In this document: one piece after another, positions 50,675 to 61,379 of the stretch
How positions within the stretch are numbered: position 1 is the stretch's first letter
How the letters are laid out: each line of letters begins with the position of its first letter
Assembly: GCA_964199315.1 (NCBI GenBank)
Contig: OZ116699.1
Span: 25,544,001 to 25,608,000 of the forward strand
Source: Orbicella franksi
Taxonomy: Eukaryota
Length of the DNA stretch: 64,000 bases
Reading direction: 5' to 3'
Position numbers and translations under genes: made by a program
The notes under the pieces: model-generated
Seen by the model: the letters and a program-made list of their open reading frames with translations, nothing else
The model's database searches: none
Told to the model about the DNA's origin: nothing

Positions 50675-53600
50675 TTATTCGTCTGTCCCAACAGTTGAAG
50701 GGTCCATGTCTGGGGTTGTCTTGATAGAACCCTCAGCGGCATTGACTGGGTTGGTTACCACAGCTGCAGTGGTAACTGCTTTGGAATCAAACAGATTGAA
50801 AAAACTTGTGATTTATGCACATAAAAGGTGCACAATTACAAATTGTTGCAATAATGAAGTCTCGGTCTCGATATTAAAGAAAAGAAAGAAGTATCTTGCA
50901 TATTATAATTCGCTGTGTACATACCTGGGGTTGGCGGATGTGTGACTGGTGATGCACAAAGAGCTGAATAAAAAAAAAAAGGAAGCATAATTACAACGGT
51001 GTTGAAGGTAAAAATACAACAATGTCTTCTGTATATATCATTACTTCAATAAACCCCCGACAACCAGCAAAAGGACTACAAATAAACAACAAGGAATATA
51101 AGCAACAAAACACAAACAAAGAGTAAAACAAAATCATCTAATTATCACCTGCCGAAGATTTGCAGACTTGAGCTTGGTTTTTCGGCTCCACGCATGTTTC
51201 GCAGTTTTCATCACAGACATTGTAGCCAATATGGTCTTTGGACCACAATCTCAGGGCAAAATTTTCCTTGCATTTGGTGCAAGACCCACTGATTAAACAG
51301 TCCACGCACTTGCTCGATGCCTCACATTCTGTAAGGAATTCGAACAGAAAAACAAACTCATTCCACTGTCAACGAACTGTTTTGGCTTGGATTTTACTAG
51401 TAGTCAAAGTATAAGGACAAATATAGGTTCACCTGCACGGCAGCAGAAGACTAAAACACATTAAACCAGGTACAAGAAAATAATGAGAAGTGAACTGACT
51501 CGTTCTCATCTGACCCTAACTAGTGATCACCGCGGTATAAGTCGATCTGAACAGTTCATAAGCAATGAAAAAGATATGAACTGCGAATGATTGTAAGCTG
51601 AAGAAATCATTCTCGGAGTAGTGTTTGCAATTTAAGGAACGTTAAAAATGCTATGTTTGTGTTTATTTTTTCTGTTTCTTCTCATATCTCCATTCTAAGG
51701 TTAATAGTTAGGGTGAACTAACACGTTGTATCGATGCAGGCCTGCCTATAGACCTACCAATATCCCACGTGACTGAGAAACATTACAAAGAAACTAAGTT
51801 AACATTAGCCACATCACCCATACTTATTTGCAGCTCAAAGATAATCAACTTAAGAGTGGATGTCGTTGATCTCAATACCTCCTCTCTGATCACAGATGTG
51901 CGTCCCTAAGACTGGGTCCCAAACCACGCCATTTTTTTCTCCTCCCCAGCATTCACTAGCACGCACACATAAACGGCGCACGTAAATTTTTGTCAGTGCG
52001 TAGCCATCGTCGCACTTGTGACATTTATTGTTTCTACAGTCCTGACAATTGTTACAATCTGAAAGCAAAGCAATCATCAGTTTATATATAAAGAAGAAAT
52101 TAAATCATTTGAATTGTGTTATTCTTACGCATACGCCCTAGCAGTAGAGGTTACTGAAAACTACTGATACACTGTGTGACTGACGCTGGAGCCTGTGGAA
52201 AGTTTCACTTATCAAACTGGCATCTGTAGTTTTGACGTAATAAACAAATCCTTTAAAGTAATACCTGCTGTTAAAAGTATCAATCGTGATGTTTATATAT
52301 ATATATATCCAGATTATGGCAGAAAGAGGTCTGGGTGTTGAAACTTGGAACTATACAATTGCATGCGCTACACAACTGAGAAATTTTGGAGCGAGCGGAG
52401 CGGATAAAGGCAATTTGTGAACTTGTGTTTCTCGGTCCTTGCAACAATGTAGCCAAGGGTTCACTGAAACAGCAATAATCTGATGCGACTCGCACCGTGA
52501 TTTCGCACTCCTGCCACTTATCAATGGTTTAACTGAGCCACTTGCATTACTACTCACAAACAACGGAATTCGAGCGATGAGTAGAATTTTTCCCCTAGGC
52601 CAAGAACACCGGCTGGTTTACAAACAAATATTATTTATGAGGTTTCCTGTGCAGACGTTCCGTCGAACTATATGGGAGAAACTGGAAGGTGTTCACAAAC
52701 CAGAAGAAACGGACATTTTAGAAACACAACAACCGTGAGAAGGTTCAAACATTGCCACTCACGCATTGTTGAACAATCACTCTAGTGACTTTAACAACGC
52801 CCACGGAATCAACAAGGGAAATTTTCGCGCGAGGAAACATTGGAATATTGGTATACTGCAATCACAAGTGAATCAGTAACTCGAAGCTATTACCCAGGCA
52901 ATATTAATTCGGTTATGAACTCCACATTAGCATTTTATTTGGGCGCAGGTAATTTATTGTTTTTGTTTTTGTTTTTGTTGTAGTATTTTCTACTTCACAA
53001 TTTTTACCGTACATATTTCTGCGTTCGCGCTTTTTACTCACATTTGTTAGAGATTACAGACTGACAATCGAAAGCTCCAGTAATTTCAAACTATTTTAAC
53101 CAGAGAACGTTTTGTAAATTTTAATTGTGTCTTATCTTGGTTAGTTGTCCATTTTTAAACATTATATTGTACACCGAGTGGTCATACCCCTTAATCTTCA
53201 ACAAAGGCACACAGTGGAATATCTGAGTGAGAGATGCTCTCGTCTGACCTTATTACTGATTAAGGAAAGTGAGGGAAAATAACAGAGCCACTTAACGGTA
53301 CCTAATATTTTTATAGAGCAAAGTCAGTATAACTCAGCTGTTCATTTACCCTTCTGCCCTCGGTCTTTTCAGTTTTAATCAGTGGACATTCCGACATTTC
53401 AGTAGGAGTGCCACGGAGGGTCGCTATCTGAGACACACCTCGCGTTTGAACTGTTGCAATAATGAAGTCTCGGTCTCGATATTGAAACTAAATAAAGAAA
53501 GAAGCATCCTGCATTTTATAATGCGCTGTACACATACCTGGGTTCGGCGGATGCGTGGCTGGTGGTGCACAAAGAGCTGAATAAAACAGAAAAGAAAAAA

Positions 53601-56138
53601 AAGCAAGCATAATTAAAACGGTGTTGAGGCTAAAAATACAACAATGTCTTTTGTATACATCATTACATCAATATACCCCCGAAAACCAGCAAAAGGACTG
53701 CAGATAAGCAACAAACAACAAGGAATATACATGTAAGCACCCAAACACAAAAGAAGAGTTAAAAAATCATTTAATTATATATCACCTGCCGAAGACTTGC
53801 AGACTTGAGCTTGGCTTTTCGGTTCCACGCATTTTTCGCAGTTTTTGTCACAGACATTGTAGCCAATATGGCCTTTGGACCACAATCTCAGGGCAAAATT
53901 TTGCTTGCATTTGGTGCAAGACCCACTGACCAAACACTCGACGCACTTGCTCGATGCTCCACATTCTGTAAGGAATGCGAACAGAAAAAGAAATTCATTC
54001 CACTGTCAACAAACTGTTTTGGAATAGATTTTACTAGCAAGACACGTAGCACCATAAGAACAAACATAGGTTCACCTGCAAGGCAGCAAAAGACTGAAAC
54101 ACACTAAAATAGGTACAAGAGAATAACGAGAAGTGAACTGACTCGTTCTCATCTGAACCTAACTAGTGATCGCTGCGATACAAGTCGATCTGAACAGTTG
54201 TCTTCCATAAGTAATGAAAAACATATAAACCGCAAATGGTTGTATTAAAACTGAAGAAATCATTCTCGGAGTAGTTTTTGCAATTTAAGAAGCGTTAACA
54301 ATGCCGTGTTTGTGTTTAATTTTTCTGGTTCTTCTCATATCTCCATTCTAAGGTTAATAGTTAGGGTGAACTTACGCGTTGTATTGATGCAGGTCTGCCT
54401 ATAGACCTACCAATACCCCAGGTGACTGAGAAACATTACATAGAAACCAAGTTAACATCGGCCACTTCACCCATACTTATTTACAGCTCAAAGATAATCA
54501 ACTTATGAGTGGATGTCGTTGATCTCAATACCTCCTCTCTGGTCACAGATGTGCGTCCCTAAGACTGGGTCCCAAACCACGCCAGTTTTTTCTCCTCCCC
54601 AGCATTCACTAGCACGCACACATAAACGGCGCACGTAAATTTTTGTCAGTGCGTAGCCTTCGTTGCACTTGTGACATTTATTGTTTCTACAGTCCCGACA
54701 ATTGTCGCAATCTGAAAACAAAAGCAATCATCAGTTTATAGATAAAAAAGAAATCATTCGAATTTTGTTATTCTTACGCATACGCCCTAGCAATAAAGGT
54801 TACTGAACACTACTGTTACGCCGTTTGACCTACGTTGAAGCCTGTGGTAAGTTTCAGTTTTCAGACTGGCATCTGTAGTTTTGACGTAATAAACAAATAA
54901 CTTTCAGCAGTACCTGCTGTTAAAAATATCATTTCTAATGTACATCCAGATTATATGGCAGAAAGAGGTCTGGGTGTTGAGAAAGGTCACCGAGTCTTGG
55001 AACTACAGAACTTCGAAATTTTGGAGCGAGCTGAACGGATAACGGGAATTCGTCGTTTCTTTTCAACAGGCTGTCGCGCTTGCGTTTTTCCCTGTAATAA
55101 TTTAGCTAAGGGTTCACTGAACAGCCACAGTCTGATGCGACTCACTCCGTGATTTCGCAGTCCTGTCATGTATCAAATGTTTAACGGAGCCACTTACAAG
55201 GTTACTCAGAAACAATGACATTCCAGCCACGAGTAGACCTCTCAAAACCCTACGACAATAATTTTTTCCCCTACGCCAAGAACAGTTGCGGACAAACAAG
55301 TGTTGCTCATGAGGTGTCTCCGTCGAACTATAGAGAAACTGGAAGGTATTTTCAAACCAGAAAGAACGAACATATTAGAAACACAAAAAGTTATGGAAAA
55401 GGTTCAAACATTGCCACTCATGCATTACTGAACAATGCTGAACAACCACTCTATTGATTTTAACGACGCCCATGGAATCGACAAAGGAAATTTTCGCGTG
55501 AGGAAAACATTGGAATACTGGCAAACTGCAATCACAAGCGAATCAGTAACTCGAACCTATTACCCAGGTATTATTAATTGTGTTATGAACTCCACATTAG
55601 CATTTTATTTCCGTGCAAGTAATTTATTGTTCTTGTTGTTATTTTTTTCTACTTCACACGTTTTCACCGTACATATTTCCGCGTTCGCGCTTTTTACACA
55701 CATTTGCCAAAGATTACAGTCTGACAATCGAAAGTTCTAGTAATTTCAAACTGTTTTAACCAGAGAACGTCTTGAAAATTTTAAGTGTGTGTTATCCCGG
55801 TTTCCTGTCCATTTTTAAACATTATATTGCTGACCGAGTTGTCATACCCCTCAATCTTGAACAGAGGCACTCGGTGGAATATTCGACTAAGAGTTCCTCT
55901 CGTCTGACCTTATTACTGATTAAGGAATGTGAGGGAAAATAACGGAGCCTCTTAACGGCACTTAATATTTCAATAGAGTAAAGCACAACTCGGCTGTTCA
56001 TTTACTCTGCTGCGTTGGTCTTTACAGTTTTAATCAGTAGACATTTCGACCCCCGGGGGGGGAGGGGTACTGCCATATATGGGCTATATAAGTATGTGCC
56101 GCTGTCAAGGGTATGGTTTCAAAGCAGTTTACTCTAGG

Positions 56139-56177
<39 letters not shown>

Positions 56178-56367
56178 GTATCATTTTTCACAAAACTGAC
56201 TAGTTGGTTGAAGAATTTATTTAGACTAAGGAAACCAGCAATTGCCACTCAAAGATATAAAAAAATCAAATCGGCAAGTTTAAATTTACGCAAATTAGTC
56301 TCAACAGTGTCGATAGATGGGGGGATTTTGGGAGTTTACTCTAGTATAGGGTAGCAAAATTCAGCTG

Positions 56368-56398
<31 letters not shown>

Positions 56399-57046
56399 GG
56401 TCCCAGCGGCTCACCCCCACCCAGAAATTCCCAAAGTACTCCGGCCCCCCCCCCCCCGGGATTTCGACATTTTAGTTCGAGCCCCACGGGGGGCGCGATC
56501 TCGGACATACGTCGCGTTTGAATTTTGCCAGTGCAAGAGAAAGAAATTTTTGTGGTAGCCACAATGTCTTGTCTTATCTTGTCTTGTAAGGCAAATGCAT
56601 TTCACAACGATTAAAATCGGACTTCATAAACATAATGATAGTCGGGTCAGGGATTTGTTCCGTAAAAATCACACAGCGCCATGATCAGTGCTTCAAGTGG
56701 TACACATCACTTACAAATCGCCACGATAAAACGTGCTTGAGAAAAACGGTTCAATTAAGATTACAAATCAAGAGACAAGAAAAAAAAAGAAACACTTATA
56801 GGAAATAGAGTTCTGTTCAAGGGTGTAGCGAACTACTTCTAGCTTTCAGGAAACTTTCGGAGATAACAGATTAAGCCTTTCAAATTGGTACGAAAATAGT
56901 CTGCCAACGTGACCTCACAAATTACACTAAACAAATTACAAACTGTCTCTACAGATAAGAGAAATGAGATAAAACTTACCGTTGAATGGATACGAAAGTG
57001 CAGGGACAAGAAAGACTAAACTGAGAAGAAACACAACGGTCTTCAT
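50675..57046 (-). CDS. Secreted cysteine-rich protein with furin-like (FU) repeats, ~322 aa, with an internal 3-exon duplication
   Basis: Exons 57046-56980 (MKTVVFLLSLVFLVPALSYPFN), 54711-54532, 53965-53786, 53576-53538, 52058-51879, 51328-51149, 50963-50925, 50778-50675 (T/P-rich tail, TAA); all phase-1 GT-AG, 969 nt; CxxC-x4/5-CxxC modules. Confidence 0.82.
52600..53095 (+). mobile_element. Penelope-like 3' fragment (GIY-YIG end), intronic
   Basis: Degenerate NYMGETGRCSQTRRNGH..SNIATHALLNNH..KGNFRAR; duplicated at ~55280-55740, so it predates the intragenic duplication. Confidence 0.7.
55280..55740 (+). mobile_element. Penelope-like 3' fragment (GIY-YIG end), intronic, second copy
   Basis: ORFs 55215-55457 and 55435-55740: ETGRYFQTRKNEHIRNTKSYGKGSNIATHALLNN, DFNDAHGIDKGNFRVRKTLEYW. 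Confidence 0.75.
56051..56460 (+). mobile_element. ~410-bp non-autonomous DNA transposon with 8-bp TSD (hAT-like), copy 2
   Basis: TSD atttcgac (56043-56050, 56461-56468); the paralogous intron has the empty site ggacattccgacatt (~53385-53399). Confidence 0.85.
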
Positions 57047-57532
57047 AGCTGGGTCGTCGCCAATGAGAAAGCAGGACTTATTGCGTGCAAAGGAAACAAA
57101 CACCAGTCAATTGATCTGAGCATAAGTCTGCGCGTGAAACCAGTTAAAAAGGATCAAATACCGGATGTTTCTTTAAAAAGATACGTTTGATTTTAGATCT
57201 AATTTCTTGTCACTGCGCCAAAGCCAAGATATCCTGGAGTATATTCTAGCCTCGTATATTGAGGGTGGCAAAGGTGGGGTACCAATCACGCATCACGCTG
57301 AATTTTTTTTTATTAAATTACGCATCACGGAGAATTTTTTTCCACAAATCACGCGACACGTAAAAAGAAGAAAGCAAATCGACAATTTTACTTTCTTGAC
57401 CCTAAAAGTGTCGTTAAAAGAAGAACTTTGCCGTTTCAACCACAAAAATGCCTCGGCAAATATGTGACCTCTCACGCGAAAACGTTCCTTACGGCATCCG
57501 TTGGAACGGCTGAACGCACGGCAAGTGAACTA

Positions 57533-57738
57533 GCCCGCGAACAGGCTCCCAGCGAGGGCGGAAAAAATCCGGCGGGGGCGTAAAAAAAAATCCGGCGAGC
57601 AAAGCGAGCCGTTAAGCGCGAAATAGAAGAATTTCGCGAATTGTGCTCCCCCTGGTCACCATTCCGCTCTCGGCTCTCCACGCTCGCCCTAGACCACACC
57701 TGGCTAGTTGGCACTAAACTGGGAGCCTGTTCCCAGGC
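57533..57738. mobile_element. MITE
   Basis: Imperfect 18-bp TIRs gcccgcgaacaggctccc / gggagcctgttcccaggc around a GC-rich interior. Confidence 0.55.
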
Positions 57739-57903
57739 CACAAGTGAACAGATAACTGGAATAGCGATAGTCAATTTACTTGTTCCAAGCAAGAGAAAAT
57801 GTTCTCTTGTTCCAAAATATCTTAACACCACTTGGTTCGACATGAGTTGATAACCACTGAATATGAGTAATGACTTTAGAGACGATTTAATGAAATGCAA
57901 ACC

Positions 57904-58735
57904 GTGAAGGTAAATGTTAGAGACTCATGAAATGTGGGCTGTGTAGGTATATGTTGGAAATTAATAGGATGAAAGCTGTGTAGGTATATGTGGGAGATTA
58001 ATGAGATGTATTGCTGTGTAGGCATATGTTCGGAATTCGGAATGAATACTATGAAAGACGTGTAGGTATATGTGGGGGATAAATGAGATGTAGGCTGTGT
58101 AGTACATGTAGGGGATTAATGAGATGTATTGCCGTGTGGGGATATGTTGGGAATTAATACGATGAAAGCTGTGTAGGTATATGTGGGGGATTAATGAGAT
58201 GTATTGCTGTGTAGGTATATGTGGGGCATTAATGAGATGTAAGCTGTGCTGGTAAATGTGGGGGATTAATGAGATGTAGGCTGTGTAGGTATATGTGGGG
58301 AATTAATAAAATACAGACTGTGTAGGTATGTGGGGGATTAATGAAATATATTGCTGTGTAGGTATATGTGGGGGACTAATAAGATGTATGCTGTGTAGGT
58401 AAACGTGGGGGATTAATGAGATGTAATGCTGTGTAGGTATATGCCGGGAGATTAAGGAGTTGTGTAGGTTTATGTGGCGGATCAATAAAATGTAGACTGT
58501 GCAGGTATATGTGGGGGATTAGTGAGGTGTAGGCTGTGTAGGTATATGTGGGGGATTAATGAGATGTTGGCTGTGCAGGTATATGAAGGAGATTGATGAG
58601 ATGTAGGCTGTGAAGGTAAATGAAGGGGATTAATGAGATGCAGGTAGTGTAGGTATATGTGGGGTATTAATGAGAAGTGGGCTGTGTAGGTATATGTAGG
58701 GGATTAATGAAATGCAGGCTGTGAGGGGATATTGG
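57904..58735 (+). repeat. 37-bp G-rich minisatellite, ~22 copies
   Basis: Consensus gctgtgtaggtatatgtgggggattaatgagatgtag; unit starts at e.g. 58533, 58570, 58607. Confidence 0.95.
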
Positions 58736-59814
58736 GGGATATTTAGGGGGATGTTTGAGCAGGAATACTTGATTATATATTCAGGAGGTATTGCTTTAAG
58801 AGATTAACAGAGATGTGTATATTGCGGTGGGATTAACTGGCCGCCCAACCATCCGGGTGGTGTCGCACTTATAAAGCGAAAGAACAAAAGGCTGGGCTGT
58901 GAGCCAATGAGAAAGCACTGGCGTCATAGTCAAACTGGACGAACGAGTTTCGGACACCGGCTGGATTTGATTATTCAAAATGGCGGATATACCTTACTTT
59001 AAGGTTATAATATGCTAATTTGCCATTCTTTATATGCACGCTTGTGTTCTGTAACGGCTTTGTAATTTATGCTGTACATACAGTTATACATTAAAATACA
59101 CGTTCACCTTGTGTATCTTGAGTTACAGTAGCCAGATTAAGCCTTCATTGACAACGTTCGTTTAAGGTTCTCTCTACCATTTAATATTACAGGTTGCAGC
59201 GACAGGGTAGTTGAAATTCCACCGTCTACGAATGCCTACGAGCGAAAACAACTTCCGGTGCCTCGCCGCCTAAAGCATCACAATTTTCAATTCCATCAGA
59301 TATCATTGTCTCCGCATCATTTAGATTTGAGGCCAATTAAGTAGCGAAACCCCCGAGAACTGAAAGCTATGGAAAGAGAAATAATGTACTAATTACTTGG
59401 TTTGGAGTGGGAAAGCCCCGAGTAACAACTCGTTATGTTCAAGGGCGTTATCGATGACATGGCCTTTAAGTGTTCAAAGCCTTGGGCTATACTGAAGAAG
59501 ATGCAAGCGATTGCCTTGTAGTAATGGGGAAGATGAAAAGGTGTTGCATCGGCGAAGTAACGTAAACGAGACTTTTTCAGCAGGAGGGAAGAACTTCTTA
59601 CCTAAACGCTTGACAACTTAATCGCTGAATTAAAAAAGAACCTTGACAAAGAGCTGCAATTTATGTGATTTTTTACGGTTTTTACATGATGCTGTCATCT
59701 GCGTTCGACTGGTCTTGGGATAAAACATGAGCAAAGCACAAAGCAGCCACTTAGGATGACAGACCCCAATCGTTAAACAAGTGTATCGACCTTCCAGCAT
59801 TGGAGATGCAAATA

Positions 59815-60425
59815 TAGGGATCTTAACAATGACGACGGCGACGCCGAGGGCAACACCTTGTAAAATTGAATTTGTCCAGGATGCCTATGGCTCTAAAACC
59901 TCGCTCAGGCTAAATATGTAAATGAAAATACGAAAAATTAGCAGTTCGACTCATCGTTCGCGTTCGCGGTCATTTTGCGTTGCTGTTTTGTAGAGAACGG
60001 CTATGAAATGTACAAAGGTTTACTGAACACACTTGCACAGCCTTTGTTTTGCTCATTAAACCTTTTGATTGGTGGTGCTCATTGACGTCGTGGTTTGCTC
60101 CAGACTCCGTCCACACTATGCCGGAGGAATTTAAAAACGCATGGAGCTTTATTTCTACGGTTAGGCCTACGGTCCAAAGTAATCCGTCACGAAAACGGAG
60201 CTTTTCGAAAACGCTCTTCAAACCGGAGGAATTTGAAAACGCCGGCTTTGAGTTTTCGTGTGGACGGAAAACATTTTAAAACGGACCTTTCCGAACACGA
60301 TAGGATCAGGAGAACCACTTGATTCCCCTGGCCGAGATTTGCTTAAACAACAATATCAAACGACCGCTGATTGTTGCGTTTTTAAATTCCTCCGGTGTAG
60401 TAGACGACCGGGCCTAAGCTTCCAG
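59815..60425. mobile_element. Nested MITEs
   Basis: Outer element starts tagggatcttaacaatgacgacggcgacg and its right end (gacgtcgtggtttgct..taagcttcca) is split by an inner element at 60102-60415 with TIR cores ccggaggaatttaaaaacgca / tgcgtttttaaattcctccgg (PIF/Harbinger-like by resemblance). Confidence 0.6.
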
Positions 60426-61379
60426 GGCTCCTAATGAAGTCAATAATCAGACGGCGTTCTTCAATGAGTCTAAAGAGAAAAAATTCGGAGGTCCCGCCCA
60501 AAGGATAAATGCACCATATATAAACACCGTAAACAAAATAAATATTTAGGAGTGGAACTCTTAAGGACCTCGGTAAAGTTTAATGTTCCTTATATGTTAC
60601 TAGCATTATCACGAGGGCTGACCCGCTGGCTAACCTACTTTTACTGTCGGATTTATCAGAAGGAACCTGAAACACATTTTAGAAAAACTCTTGTTATCGA
60701 ATACCAGGGTATGCCACTCGTTTTTGTTAAACATTTTTATCATTCCCCTATAACACAATCAGGAGCCTGTTCACAGGCTAAGTTGGCAAAGATTTTGTGT
60801 ACAAATTGAGAAGAAGTCTACGCCACCTTTGCCATGCTCCAATATACAGGCAATATTTTCGTCAAACAAAAACAGCGCTTGTCGAATGCTCGATGTCAAT
60901 AATATTTCTGCGAGTGCGTGATATAAGGCTATAATGCCTGCACCCTGACTCCAAAATTGCCGTTAACACCATCCAGACAGACATCAAATACATTCGAAAA
61001 CAGAAATGTCACACGATATTATTTAAGAATATTCAAAGAATATTTTCAGCTTAAAATCGGCAGAAAAATAAATTGGAGAGTTTGTTGATTCCTTGTCAAA
61101 CACTTTCTCAGCAAACAGACCAAGCCCAAACAATAGCGTTTATTGTTATGGTATATAATTTGAAGAGGTGCAGCATAAACAATATTCTTATTAAAAATGA
61201 GGGTAGTGCTGACAGGGCTACCTTGTTAAATAAAGTTGACTTTACTTTACTTTACTTTAAGACTGTTCGAGGATGTACAAGTAACATAATCAAGTTGAAT
61301 TCGGTAAAACGGGCCGGACTTAAAAAGGATATTCTCGGTATATTTTGTGTCAGACATCCTGGAATACCTCGAAAATATT

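Larger units (their letters stand above)
50800..56500. repeat. Intragenic tandem duplication, ~2.6-kb unit, breakpoint ~53435
   Basis: ~50800-53435 is collinear with ~53440-56500 (exon offsets 2613-2653 nt); only one leader exon and one terminal exon exist. Confidence 0.88.

Noticed and set aside
58303-58485. His/Pro-rich 60-aa ORF
   Set aside because: Translation of the minisatellite C-rich strand
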